From Oceanispirochaeta sp. (GTDB lineage Bacteria; Spirochaetota; Spirochaetia; DSM-2461), in NCBI GenBank assembly GCA_963663385.2, contig CAXXXD010000004.1, positions 992,001-1,056,000 of the forward strand: DNA of 64,000 bases, read 5' to 3'. The notes below the pieces were generated by a model, which had not been told where the DNA came from, searched no databases, and saw nothing but the letters and a program-made list of their open reading frames with translations. Below, piece after piece: positions 29,947 to 39,718 of this stretch. The first letter of the stretch is position 1. Each line of letters begins with the position of its first letter. The position numbers and the translations under genes are program-made.

Positions 29947-30840
29947 ATGATTAAATATACAGAAAATATTGAAGATGTTAAGAAATTTATCCAGGAGAAT
30001 TATAATCAAACCATTGATTTGAGTTCTTTAGCGAATGTTGCCTGTTTATCATCTTTCCATTTTTCTAGGATTTTTCGTTCGATTACGGGTTATACGCCTA
30101 TGCAATATCTAAAGAAAATCCGACTTGAAAAATCAATCTACTATCTGACACATAGTTCCTTAAATGTCTCCGAAGTTGCATATAAATGTGGTTTCAATTC
30201 AATATCAAGTTTCAATTCTTCCTTTAAAGCACAATATAATAGAAGACCGAATGAATTCAGAAACATACAAAAAAGCAAGATTAAGGAAGAATTCGGCAAT
30301 AATCAGAAAGAGTTTTCCATAGAGAACAAACATAATCTCAATAACTCGTTTTTAAGGAGAATTTGGGATATGAATGTGAATATCAAAGAACTGCCGGAAT
30401 ACAGAATTGCATTTTTCAGGCATGTCGGAAGTTATTTAAATACAGGAGAAAACTGGAATAAATTACTTAAATGGGTTGAAGCAAAGGATCTATTTAAAAC
30501 AAATCCATTGTTTATTGGAATATCACGAGATGATCCAGCAACAACAGAGGAAAATGCATGTAGACATGATGCCTGTGTAACTCTGCCGGGAGACTTTAAT
30601 GAAGAGGCCGATGGGAGTGAGGTCTTGTATGATAGAATAGCATCTGGAAAATACGCAATCTATGAGTTTTATGATACTATAGATAAGTTGGGATTAGTAT
30701 ACAGAAATCTTTTTATAGAATGGTTACCCCAAAGTGATTATGAAATGGATTGCAGGCCATGTTTAGAAATAAATTTAAATAATCCGGCTGATGATCCTGA
30801 AGGAAAAAGCAGATGTAACATCTGTATTCCAATAAAATAG
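29947..30840 (+). CDS. Cassette: AraC family regulator with GyrI-like domain
   Basis: LANVACLSSFHFSRIF, EVAYKCGFNSISSF; DDP..T..CRHDAC, GKYA, WLPQS. Confidence 0.92.
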   Translation: MIKYTENIEDVKKFIQENYNQTIDLSSLANVACLSSFHFSRIFRSITGYTPMQYLKKIRLEKSIYYLTHSSLNVSEVAYKCGFNSISSFNSSFKAQYNRRPNEFRNIQKSKIKEEFGNNQKEFSIENKHNLNNSFLRRIWDMNVNIKELPEYRIAFFRHVGSYLNTGENWNKLLKWVEAKDLFKTNPLFIGISRDDPATTEENACRHDACVTLPGDFNEEADGSEVLYDRIASGKYAIYEFYDTIDKLGLVYRNLFIEWLPQSDYEMDCRPCLEINLNNPADDPEGKSRCNICIPIK

Positions 30841-30910
30841 TACCTATTTGGACCGTCTTAAAATACACCCTTGTATTTTGGGGGAATAAATGAAGTAAGC
30901 TATAATCTTC

Positions 30911-30992
30911 ATATAACAGGGAATCCGCGGTTACACCTTCGGCTCCATTCAAAGGATCTCCTGTAACTTAGCATATTCTCAGAACGTAAAAT
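30911..30992 (+). repeat. attC site, eroded
   Basis: ATATAAC (perfect complement of the cassette start GTTATAT) ... GCATATTCTCAGAAC-GTAAAAT. Confidence 0.72.
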
Positions 30993-31016
30993 GAAATACC
31001 AGGGGGCGTAATCAAG

Positions 31017-31199
31017 TTGAAAAAGAAAATTCGGCGATATGTTTTAATACTTTTAGTTTTTATTCTATTTATCCCGGCAATCTATTTGGGGCTCTTGTTT
31101 TATATTCATGATTTTGATCATAATTTTTTAAAAATAGATCAATGTTTAGATAATGGCGGAAGATGGGATTATAACGATTGTGAATGTAAGCAGGAATAA
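31017..31199 (+). CDS. Cassette: small membrane-anchored protein
   Basis: One TM helix then IDQCLDNGGRWDYNDCEC; followed by an internally deleted attC (31210-31243). Confidence 0.55.
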   Translation: MKKKIRRYVLILLVFILFIPAIYLGLLFYIHDFDHNFLKIDQCLDNGGRWDYNDCECKQE

Positions 31200-31506
31200 G
31201 GCTGTAAAAAGATAACCGCCGCATATTTTCTGAGCCGTTAAATTAAATCCATTATTTTAGGGAAATAAAAATGTTAAAAGAATTCATAGGAAAATCTGTT
31301 CATATATAGTGGTATCTACTCTTATTTAACCAACCCGGAGAAAGTTGTCATGATTGATGTTGATGAGAGCTGGTTAAAGCTCGAAAGTCGAAGCAAAATA
31401 ATACTGCCGGATGTAAATAAAATCAGCAAGGTTAAAACGAATAAATGATGTATTTTATATATTGTTGAAATGTTATAGGCAATGATTCAGCTGGAGAAAA
31501 ACGTAC

Positions 31507-31986
31507 ATGAAATATATGTGTCCATTGATAGTTGTAAGTGATGTAAAACGCTCACGGGAATTCTATGAAAAGATTCTGAAACAGACTGTCAAATATGATT
31601 TCGGGGAAAATGTGACATTTGCTGGTGATTTCGCCATACATGAAAAAGCCCATTTTGAATCACTGATAAATAATGCTGAAATTAAAGAGAAATCGAATAA
31701 TTTTGAACTTTATTTTGAGCATGATGATTTGGAAGAGATGGTGGTTAGAATAAAGGAATCAGGGCTGGAGTTTGTACATGAAATAGTAGAACAGCCCTGG
31801 AAGCAGCAGGTTCTAAGGTTTTATGACTATGATAAAAATATGATAGAAGTCGGAGAAAGACTGGAGCATACAGCGTATAGATTATCAAAGCAGAATTATT
31901 CGATTGAAGACATATGCAGAATAACGTATCTGGAAAAAGAAATTGTTGAAAACGCGATAGATGAGTATTCGCATCTGGAGGGATAA
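31507..31986 (+). CDS. Cassette: VOC/glyoxalase family protein
   Basis: LIVVSDVKRSREFY, ELYFE, EQPWKQQVLRFYDYDKNMIEVGE; preceded by R' GTTATAGGCAAT at 31472. Confidence 0.9.
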   Translation: MKYMCPLIVVSDVKRSREFYEKILKQTVKYDFGENVTFAGDFAIHEKAHFESLINNAEIKEKSNNFELYFEHDDLEEMVVRIKESGLEFVHEIVEQPWKQQVLRFYDYDKNMIEVGERLEHTAYRLSKQNYSIEDICRITYLEKEIVENAIDEYSHLEG

Positions 31987-32115
31987 CTATTTTAAAAATA
32001 ACAGATTCAGGACTGGAGTAAATATCGGAACCTGGCAAGGAGCCGTCGGTTCGTATATAAAGTTTTTTCTCAGCCTTAATTTCGGGTTAAAGTCTGGGTT
32101 TGGATTTTTCTAGTC

Positions 32116-32310
32116 TTGGGCCTGACTACAGTTATTTCCTGGTCTTTGCCGGAATCCTTCGGAGAATCCCGTTTGCCAATACTTTTACCAAATATTTATA
32201 TCTTTCCTGTGTATTGGTTCTTGATGGTATTTTTAGGCGGCGGTCAGGAAGAAATTGGCTGGGGTTCCTGCATTGCACCCGGTAAATATCATGAAGTATT
32301 ATGGAAATAA
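32116..32310 (+). pseudogene. Fragment of a CPBP (CAAX/Abi) intramembrane protease
   Basis: FLGGGQEEIGW motif 1 only; the rest is absent. Confidence 0.55.
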
Positions 32311-32394
32311 AAATGAAATGGAGATTCCTAATGCCGTTGATCTGATATTATTTCAAGTATAATATCAACGTTGAGTGCAATAGGGAGGAGCAGG

Positions 32395-34062
32395 ATGAGA
32401 ACAGGTTTAATTCTATTAATAACAATGACAGTCTCGCTTTCGGTGTTTCCCAATGGAAGGACGGAAGGCCCTGCCGTTTCCGGAGCCGGCGAGAGCAGAG
32501 CGATTCGTATTGATAATAAAACGGAATTGCCGGAAGCAGGATCATCTGAATATCATGGTTCATCTGCATTTAAAGATTATACCGGCCGTGATCCGGATTA
32601 CAGTCTTACTTATAGGGATGGCGAGTACCCTCCTGATTGGACCGCCTGGCTGGAAGGGGATTTCCCCCGGTATCAGGACTGGGGACATGATCGTACCTCA
32701 GAAACAATCGACTTCTCATTTAACAATAGAGAAAATACTCTGGAAATCGGAGTCCCGGCGGAGCAGAATCCCGGCGGGGCATCCTTCTTTTTTACCGGAG
32801 GCAGGTTCCAGACCGGTGAAGAGAGAGAAATCGGCCGTTTTTTTCTCAGATTCAATGTTCTGTTCAACCCTGAGTCTGTCGGAACGTGGCAGTATTACTT
32901 CTACGGAATGGCGCCTACCCCCAGTTCCTTTTACCTGGCAGGGGATCAGAAGGGATACTTTGAACTTGGACATCCCGAATTCGGGGTTTTGGCCAGTGCT
33001 GAGGCTCCTTCCTTTGTTCCCGATCAATATAATCTTGTTGAATTGCTGGTTTCAGCGGATAAGGTCTCCCTTAATGTGAATGAAGCGGAAATCTTTGAGT
33101 TCCATTATACATTTTCAGAACTCTTCGGTGAGTCCGTATGGAAGGTGACTGTTCCGGAGGAAAAAGGTCTCGGACTTCATATAGACGAAATATCAATATG
33201 GAGGATAGAGCTTTCAAAGGTTTCTGAGCTTCCCCGGGATAAACGGGATTTTTTCCTCTATGATACGGGAGAAGAAAAGCTCAGTCTTCACCTGACGGCG
33301 GTTCCATCAGGGGAATTCCTTATGGGACACCCCTCAGTGACCGGCAGGCAATCAAAGGTAACCCTCGATTCCTTTATGATCGGTACCTATCCGGTTACAT
33401 ACGGAGAGTGGAATGAAGTCGCCGGATGGGCGGAACAATCCGGGTATACGTTCAGGAACAAGGCACTGCACGGGAAGATCTTCTATACCACGGATCTGGA
33501 TACATTGAAGACCCCTGCAACAGGAATAAGCTGGTATGATGCGGCAGCCTGGTGCAATGCCATGTCGGAATACCAGGGACTGACTCCCCTGTATTACAGC
33601 GATTCGTCCATGCAGAGGGTTTACAGGAACTCCAATCAAATTGATGCAGAGATCTTCTGCAAATGGGAGTCCGATGGCTACCGGCTGCCGACAGAAGCTG
33701 AGTGGGAATATGCGGCACGGTCGGCGGGAACGACTGACGGCAGCTTTTCCAGCGGCTCTCCGGACCCCCGCATTACATCGATTTTCAATGAAAACAGACA
33801 GAATAGTCTTGCCGTGGATACAATGAAGCCCAATCCTCTAGGTTTATTCGATATGAGCGGTAACGCTTATGAGCTATGCTGGGACTGGTTTTCAGACGCA
33901 CTTCCCTCCGGAGTCAATCCCAGAGGACCGGCAACTGGAACAGAGAGAATAACACGCGGCGCATCCTGTTACAGCCCGGCCCGGGAAGACTCATTTCGGG
34001 AGCGTTCCACAGAGCCCTGGGATGAAGGTTTTGAATGCCTTAGAGTTGTCCGGTGCGAATAG
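32395..34062 (+). CDS. Exported FGE-sulfatase (SUMF1/EgtB/PvdO) domain protein
   Basis: Signal peptide; GEFLMG, SWYDAAAWCN, GYRLPTEAEWEYAAR, PNPLGLFDMSGN. Confidence 0.88.
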   Translation: MRTGLILLITMTVSLSVFPNGRTEGPAVSGAGESRAIRIDNKTELPEAGSSEYHGSSAFKDYTGRDPDYSLTYRDGEYPPDWTAWLEGDFPRYQDWGHDRTSETIDFSFNNRENTLEIGVPAEQNPGGASFFFTGGRFQTGEEREIGRFFLRFNVLFNPESVGTWQYYFYGMAPTPSSFYLAGDQKGYFELGHPEFGVLASAEAPSFVPDQYNLVELLVSADKVSLNVNEAEIFEFHYTFSELFGESVWKVTVPEEKGLGLHIDEISIWRIELSKVSELPRDKRDFFLYDTGEEKLSLHLTAVPSGEFLMGHPSVTGRQSKVTLDSFMIGTYPVTYGEWNEVAGWAEQSGYTFRNKALHGKIFYTTDLDTLKTPATGISWYDAAAWCNAMSEYQGLTPLYYSDSSMQRVYRNSNQIDAEIFCKWESDGYRLPTEAEWEYAARSAGTTDGSFSSGSPDPRITSIFNENRQNSLAVDTMKPNPLGLFDMSGNAYELCWDWFSDALPSGVNPRGPATGTERITRGASCYSPAREDSFRERSTEPWDEGFECLRVVRCE

Positions 34063-34165
34063 AAATATTATTCAGCAAATGACAGCTGATTATCAGATCT
34101 TACCCGGTTAAGATCTGATAATCCAAATAACCGTTACGTACCGGCCTTGGCAAAAGGAGCAAGTT

Positions 34166-34705
34166 TTGCGAATAAAAGTTATTTATTGGTCCAGAACAGG
34201 GAACACAAAAAAGGTTGCACAGGCAATAGAGCGTTCCATTCTGAACAGGGGTGAGGAAGTATCTGTCTCATCATTTGACGATTTAAGCGGGATCAGCTTT
34301 CTGGATTACGATCTGATCTTTCTGGGGTTCCCTTCATATTCATGGCGGCCGCCCGGGGAGGTTGTCGAGTATCTGACAGAAGAACACAGAGCTTATGTCC
34401 GGGCCGGCCATGTGCAGAATTGTTCTCCCAGAATCCCCGGAAAGCACTATTGTACATTTTGTACCTACTCAGGGCCTCACACCGGTATCAATGAAGCTAT
34501 TCCGGCGGCATTGGTTGCAAACCAGTATTTTGACCACCTCGGTTATACGATCCTGGATCCCATTTATGTTGTAGGAGAGTTTCACGGCAATAAAGAATTC
34601 AGTACTCTTGGACGACTTGGAGATATTACCGGTCGTCCGAACGAAAAAGATATTCAGGACGTTTCAAACAGGGTTGAAGAAATTCTCGACACTCTCAGGG
34701 GCTGA
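34166..34705 (+). CDS. Flavodoxin family protein
   Basis: YWSRTGNTKKVA, DYDLIFLGFP. Confidence 0.82.
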   Translation: MRIKVIYWSRTGNTKKVAQAIERSILNRGEEVSVSSFDDLSGISFLDYDLIFLGFPSYSWRPPGEVVEYLTEEHRAYVRAGHVQNCSPRIPGKHYCTFCTYSGPHTGINEAIPAALVANQYFDHLGYTILDPIYVVGEFHGNKEFSTLGRLGDITGRPNEKDIQDVSNRVEEILDTLRG

Positions 34706-34854
34706 TATTTCAAGTTGGAAAATGGGTATAATAAAAGTCTTTTTATTAACCCATATTACAGAACAAACTGATAAAGCTTCATAAAATACTACCAAAATTG
34801 CAAATTATTTCTATTGTCCGTTATCTTTCTATCAGATACTATCAAATCAGTTGA

Positions 34855-35020
34855 AGTGTGAACGTTGCCTCCCGATTTGGGGGGCAGCGCACTTAATAGG
34901 GAATCCGGTGAAAATCCGGAGCGATCCCGTCACTGTAAACGGGGGTGTGTCCGCTCAAAGCCACTGAGTTCTGCTCGGGAAGGCGGTGGATATTGGCCCG
35001 TAAGTCAGGAGACCTGCTTC
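34855..35020 (+). ncRNA. Cobalamin (B12) riboswitch
   Basis: TTAATAGGGAATCCGGTGAAAATCCGGAGCG..CCCGTCACTGT, GCCACTG..GGGAAGGC, AAGTCAGGAGACCTGC (B12 box); upstream of cbiK. Ends approximate. Confidence 0.93.
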
Positions 35021-35171
35021 AGCGGAACAGCCTGTGCTGTTTCTGTATGGCTCTTCGAGGAAAGAGCGGTATGGGTCGGACTGTCTCTCAGACTTTTCCC
35101 TTCTCCCCGCAAGTATCTTCGATGCCTCTTATTAAAAGATTCGTCAATGGGACGAAAATAAGGAGCTTTCT

Positions 35172-36038
35172 ATGAAAAATCTTTTAACTATTGCCGTAGC
35201 AGTCGTGTTACTGGCCGGTCTTGCCGGTTGTGCAACCTCTTCTGCTAGAGCTGCCAAAACAAGCGGTAAACCCGTTATTCTGGTAACGGCTTTTGGAAGC
35301 AGCTATGAATCCGGCCAGAAGAACCTGGAAGATATGGATACCGCTATTAGAGCAGCTTATCCAGAAAATGAGGTCTACTGGGCTTTCACCGCTTCTTTTA
35401 TTGTAAACAAACTGCGGAAAGAGGGGCAGACAACCCTGTTTGCCAGAGAAACCCCCCTGATGACTCCCGATGAGGCCTATGACCTTTTCAGGGCGGAAGG
35501 AAAAACAGATGTAGCCGTCCAGGTTCTGATGGTTATGGTTGGAGCGGAATTCCGTCAGGTTGTTAATACGCCTACCAACGGCCTTAATGTTAAATACGGA
35601 TATCCCCTTTTCTTCAATCCTGAAGATATCCAGAATACCGCTTCTGCTCTCTCCGGTAATTTCGGCGGTGCCGACACCTTTACCCTTCTTTCCGCTCATG
35701 GTAACGACCATCACCCCGAATTCAATGCGGAGCTGATTCAGCTGGACGATTATCTGCAGGAAAATTACAGCAATGTTCGTGTGGCTACCGTAGAAGGTTC
35801 TCCTCATTTTGATACGGTTAAGGATGAAGTTCTGGCTTCAGGGGTTTCTGAAATCCAGTTCATTCCTCTTATGCTGACATACGGTGACCATATCACCAAT
35901 GATGTAATGGGTGATGAAGAGGATTCCTGGAAAGTTATCCTGGGCAAAGAAGCGGAATGTACCAACGGTATGGCCAGCAATCCAGCTATTCAGGCAATTT
36001 ATCTCAGCCATATCAAACAGACTCTGAGCCAGTTCTGA
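35172..36038 (+). CDS. cbiK: CbiK-type cobaltochelatase, exported lipoprotein form
   Basis: ILVTAFGSS, WAFTA, SAHG, ATVEG, PLMLTYGDHITNDVMG; lipobox LAGC. Confidence 0.87.
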   Translation: MKNLLTIAVAVVLLAGLAGCATSSARAAKTSGKPVILVTAFGSSYESGQKNLEDMDTAIRAAYPENEVYWAFTASFIVNKLRKEGQTTLFARETPLMTPDEAYDLFRAEGKTDVAVQVLMVMVGAEFRQVVNTPTNGLNVKYGYPLFFNPEDIQNTASALSGNFGGADTFTLLSAHGNDHHPEFNAELIQLDDYLQENYSNVRVATVEGSPHFDTVKDEVLASGVSEIQFIPLMLTYGDHITNDVMGDEEDSWKVILGKEAECTNGMASNPAIQAIYLSHIKQTLSQF

Positions 36039-36141
36039 TTAACTCTGTTCCTCTTCCTCAGGAAGAGAATACAGGAGAGGGCGGGAAAAGCAGATTTTTT
36101 CAACTGTTTCTTGAGCCCTCTTGCAGATAACTTTAATTTTT

Positions 36142-36176
36142 AAGGGACTGTCCGGTAATGCAGCAGTCCCTTTTTT
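36142..36176 (+). terminator. Terminator-like hairpin between cbiK and the ABC genes
   Basis: AAGGGACTG...CAGTCCCTTTTTT. Confidence 0.55.
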
Positions 36177-36192
36177 ATATTAGGATATACCC

Positions 36193-37263
36193 ATGATCAC
36201 TCAAAAAGACAGATTCACAGTAATAGCTCTCCTGCTGCTTTTTATTCTTTCCGGGCTTTCTGCCGGCGGACAGCAGGATGCTGTTTCAGATGCGGCCCCT
36301 GCTGCATCTGAATCCGGTTCCGCTGCAGGCGGAATTATAATCGACTACAGGAAAAATGAAGTGCCGGTCCCCGCCGAAGTAAACAGGATTGTCAGCCTGA
36401 ATTCAGGACTCTCCGTTCTGGTCGGGGCATTGGGAATGACAGACGCCGTAGTAGGCCGGGACAGTAACTCAACCTTTCCGCATGCTCTGAAGAAGGCTTA
36501 TGTGGTAGCTCAGAATTCTTCCAGCCCCAATGTTGAACTGATTCTGGAAAAAAGGCCCGATCTGGTTCTGGCAGACGCCATGCTTCCGGTCAATGTATAC
36601 GAGAAGCTGAGCTCTCTCGGAATCCCCGTTGCCATCTTTTCTACCAGTGATCCCCGGGAATTTGAAGACACCATTTTGAATGTGGGACAGCTGACCCACA
36701 GAGAGGATAAGGCTGCTGCTCTGCTGGATCGGCTCCAGTCCGATATCCGTCTGGTGGAAGACACCGCAGCCAATGCATTAGCCTCCGGCAGGATTCCGCA
36801 GAATATATTTTTCGAGAACAGAAAACCCTACAGCAGCGTATCTGCCAAAAGCGGGAATCATCTGTCTATCATCGGAGCCGGCGGGGTGAATATAGCCGCG
36901 GATGAACCTGTTGTCTCTCCCAAACTGTCTGCCGAATATGTACTGGAGAAAAATCCTGATGTTATTATCCGGCGTATGAGCGGTGACGGTACTCTGGATG
37001 TGATGAACAATATGCGGGATACCATTATCCGCAGGGCCGGACTGGAAGACGTCAGGGCTGTTCAGGATAACCGGGTCTATATCATCAAGGCAGACCTTTT
37101 TCTTCTGCTGCGTTATCCTGTGGGTATGGCCTATATGGCTTCCTGGTTTTATCCGGACGCTTTTGCAGAACTGAATCCGGAAGAGTTTCATAAGGATTTG
37201 ATTGTCGATCTTTTCGGAACAGAGGAGTGGGAACTGATGAGGGAAGTCTTTGTCTGCCCCTGA
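36193..37263 (+). CDS. Cobalamin/iron-chelate ABC substrate-binding protein (BtuF-like)
   Basis: VNRIVSL, PNVELILEKRPDLV, NPDVII, AVQDNRVY. Confidence 0.88.
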   Translation: MITQKDRFTVIALLLLFILSGLSAGGQQDAVSDAAPAASESGSAAGGIIIDYRKNEVPVPAEVNRIVSLNSGLSVLVGALGMTDAVVGRDSNSTFPHALKKAYVVAQNSSSPNVELILEKRPDLVLADAMLPVNVYEKLSSLGIPVAIFSTSDPREFEDTILNVGQLTHREDKAAALLDRLQSDIRLVEDTAANALASGRIPQNIFFENRKPYSSVSAKSGNHLSIIGAGGVNIAADEPVVSPKLSAEYVLEKNPDVIIRRMSGDGTLDVMNNMRDTIIRRAGLEDVRAVQDNRVYIIKADLFLLLRYPVGMAYMASWFYPDAFAELNPEEFHKDLIVDLFGTEEWELMREVFVCP

Positions 37264-38302
37264 ATCGCTGCTTGAAGCGGATTACAGGAAGAATGTCAGA
37301 GGCAGGCTTCTCTATATTTTCGGTTGTCTTGCCGTTCTGTTGCTGCTGGTTTTTCTCTCTCTGACCCACGGCGCTGCCAGTATTGGAGCGGGGGAAGCTT
37401 TCCGTATGATCTTTGTTCCCGGAAAGGGAGATCCTTTTGTCCGTTCTGTTGTCTGGAAAATCCGTATGCCCCGTATTATGACAGCTATACTGGCCGGAGC
37501 GGGGCTGGGGATGGCCGGAGGAGTCATGCAGGGGATCCTGAGAAACCCCCTGGCCAGTCCTTTTACCCTGGGGATCTCCTCGGCGGCAGGTTTTGGTGCT
37601 TCTGTGGCGATTGTTCTGGGAGTCGGACTGGCCGGGGCGGGGCAGTTTCTGATTGTAAGCAACGCCTTCTTTTTTGCTTTAGGGGCTTTCGGTCTGGTTT
37701 ACCTGCTGGCCAGGAGCCGGGGGCTGATTTCCGAAACCCTGATCCTTTCGGGAATCGCTGTGATGTACCTCTTCTCGTCCCTGACCTCCTTCCTCCAGTA
37801 TATTGCCACGGCAGAGCAGCTCAGTACGGTGGTCTTCTGGATGATGGGAAGCCTTTCCGGAGCAACCTGGATTCCTGTCTGCGTTATGGGCGGAACCTTT
37901 CTTCTGGCATCCCCAGTTCTCTATCGTTCCGCCTGGGATTTGAATGCTCTCTCATCGGGCAGAGAGACGGCCATTTCCCTGGGAATCCATGTTTCCCGTG
38001 TAACTGCGGTCTGTATGGTCCTTTCCGCCCTGTTAACAGCCTCGATTATCAGTTTTACCGGTGTTATCGGCTTTATCGGTCTGGTGGCTCCCCATATTAC
38101 CCGGATGATTACAGGAGGGGACCACCGCTTCCTCCTTCCCGCTGCTTCTCTGGGCGGGGCCGTACTCCTTTTGGGAGCCGACACGCTGAGCCGTATTATC
38201 ATACCTCCATCCGAGATCCCTCTGGGGATCATGACCTCCCTAATAGGTGTACCCTTTTTCATCTACCTTCTGATGACCCGGAAAAAGGAGAGTTTTTCAT
38301 GA
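37250..38302 (+). CDS. FecCD/BtuC family ABC permease
   Basis: IRMPRI, QGILRNPLASPFTLGISS, GVIGFIGLVAPHI. Confidence 0.93.
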   Translation: MSAPESLLEADYRKNVRGRLLYIFGCLAVLLLLVFLSLTHGAASIGAGEAFRMIFVPGKGDPFVRSVVWKIRMPRIMTAILAGAGLGMAGGVMQGILRNPLASPFTLGISSAAGFGASVAIVLGVGLAGAGQFLIVSNAFFFALGAFGLVYLLARSRGLISETLILSGIAVMYLFSSLTSFLQYIATAEQLSTVVFWMMGSLSGATWIPVCVMGGTFLLASPVLYRSAWDLNALSSGRETAISLGIHVSRVTAVCMVLSALLTASIISFTGVIGFIGLVAPHITRMITGGDHRFLLPAASLGGAVLLLGADTLSRIIIPPSEIPLGIMTSLIGVPFFIYLLMTRKKESFS

Positions 38303-39075
38303 ATCTGGAAATACGCGGATTGAGCTATTCCTATTCTTTAAAGATTCCGGTTCTCAGGGATATTTTCTTTTCGGCCCGGAAGGGTGAGATTACCGCTCTG
38401 GTGGGTCAGAACGGAAGCGGGAAATCAACGCTGCTCAAGTGTATCAACGGCATCCATACCCCCCGGGCAGGGCAGGTTTTCTTCGAGGGAAGGGATCTGC
38501 TCGGCTGTTCCATGAACGAACGGGCCCGAATTGTCAGTTATGTTCCCCAGGCTATCCCCGGTTCACTGAATATGTCTGTATTTGATGTTGTTCTTATGGG
38601 CCGCCGCCCCTACATCCGCTGGAGTGTGGGACGAAAGGACAGGGCGGTTGTTTATGAAACTCTGGAGATGCTGGGCCTGGATGGTTTAACTTTCCGTTCC
38701 TATTCGGAGCTGTCCGGCGGGCAGAAGCAGAAGGTGCTGATTGCCAGGGCCCTGGCCCAGAAGCCCCGGCTCCTTATTATGGATGAACCCACCAGCAGTC
38801 TGGATCTCAGGCATCAGCTGGAGATCCTTGGTCAGATCAGAGGATTCGCCCGGTCTGAGCAGCTTTGCATATTACTGACAGCCCATGATCTGAATCTGGT
38901 GATGAACTTTGCCGACAGGATGGTTATGCTCAAGGACGGACGGATTTCTCATAGGGGAAGGGTTGATGAAATTCTGACTACCGAGGCCGTACGGGATGTT
39001 TTTGAGGTGGAAACAGCTGTAGGGATCCATCAGGGAGCCCGGTTTATAGCTCCTCTGATACTTGACAATTCATGA
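38299..39075 (+). CDS. ABC ATPase (FepC/BtuD-like)
   Basis: True start ATG 38299 (ATGA overlap with the permease stop); GQNGSGKST, LSGGQKQK, DEPTSSLD, HDLN. Confidence 0.92.
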   Translation: MNLEIRGLSYSYSLKIPVLRDIFFSARKGEITALVGQNGSGKSTLLKCINGIHTPRAGQVFFEGRDLLGCSMNERARIVSYVPQAIPGSLNMSVFDVVLMGRRPYIRWSVGRKDRAVVYETLEMLGLDGLTFRSYSELSGGQKQKVLIARALAQKPRLLIMDEPTSSLDLRHQLEILGQIRGFARSEQLCILLTAHDLNLVMNFADRMVMLKDGRISHRGRVDEILTTEAVRDVFEVETAVGIHQGARFIAPLILDNS

Positions 39076-39111
39076 AACGGATATTATAGTTTTTATATAC
39101 AAGTTTGAGTA
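39062..39111 (+). promoter_or_regulatory. padR promoter and candidate operator
   Basis: TTGACA-17-TATAGT followed by TATACAAGTTTGAGTA; near-identical TATACAAGCTTGAATA at 39690-39705. Confidence 0.65.
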
Positions 39112-39125
39112 ATAAGGGGAGTTTT

Positions 39126-39662
39126 TTGTCCATTCGTCTGATTTTACTGGGATTTCTTAATGAACGGCCGCTCTATGGTTATGAGATTAAACAGCTGATT
39201 GAGCACCGGATGGGCGATTGGACAGATGTTAAATTCGGATCAATCTACTTCTCACTTGATAAACTGACTAAAGACGGTTTTATCGATAAGAAGGGAGAGA
39301 TTCAGGAAGGTGCCCGCCCCAGGAAGACTGTCTATGAGATAAACGAAGCAGGGAGAAAGGAATTCCTTCGTCTGGTTAGAGAGCAATGGAAGGACAGAAA
39401 GCAGGATTTCTATCACTTTGATCTGGCTGTTTACAATATCTCTTTTATTCCCCGTGAAGAGGTGGAAAAGTTTCTTCAGCACAGGATTGAATGGCATGGC
39501 AGAACTCTGACTTACCTGGATAGACATGAAGGGGATTTCAAAAAGAACCCGTATATCCCGCCTGTCGCCTATGCCATTACCGATCATAGCAGAATGCACC
39601 TTGAGGCGGAAAAAAAGTGGCTGGAAAAACTGCTGGAGAATCTGGATCAGTATTATACATAG
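39126..39662 (+). CDS. PadR family transcriptional regulator
   Basis: LILLGFL..PLYGYEIK, GSIY..L.KL, YEINEAGR; likely TTG start after an AAGGGGAG RBS. Confidence 0.9.
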   Translation: MSIRLILLGFLNERPLYGYEIKQLIEHRMGDWTDVKFGSIYFSLDKLTKDGFIDKKGEIQEGARPRKTVYEINEAGRKEFLRLVREQWKDRKQDFYHFDLAVYNISFIPREEVEKFLQHRIEWHGRTLTYLDRHEGDFKKNPYIPPVAYAITDHSRMHLEAEKKWLEKLLENLDQYYT

Positions 39663-39718
39663 GTATTTGAGATTTTTTATTTAGGTAGGTATACAAGCTT
39701 GAATATTAAATATTTAAT

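Larger units (their letters stand above)
20690..32310 (+). mobile_element. Decaying chromosomal integron: intI remnant, attI and about 13 cassettes or remnants
   Basis: Co-oriented AT-rich single-gene units separated by R''-L''...L'-R' sites; cassette starts are complementary to their own R'' ends. The right boundary is approximate. Confidence 0.88.

Noticed and set aside
21791..31480. Recurrent repeats as a CRISPR array
   Set aside because: Repeats are imperfect, variable in length and separated by whole genes, with no cas genes; they fit attC sites.
31990..32060. Possible attC after the VOC gene
   Set aside because: Only AAATAAC and TCGTATAT traces remain, with no convincing paired L boxes or R'; too degraded to call.
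32395..34062. FGE/CLec-fold protein as a diversity-generating retroelement target (cf. Treponema TvpA)
   Set aside because: No reverse transcriptase, avd or template repeat matching its 3' end was seen in the window.
34089..34122. Long palindrome GATTATCAGATCTTA...TAAGATCTGATAATC as a mobile-element end
   Set aside because: It is a single copy just after a stop codon, most simply a terminator or mRNA-stabilising hairpin.
37324..38298. 583-aa ORF suggesting an N-terminally extended ABC ATPase
   Set aside because: The extension is an alternative frame over the permease; the ATPase starts at ATG 38299.
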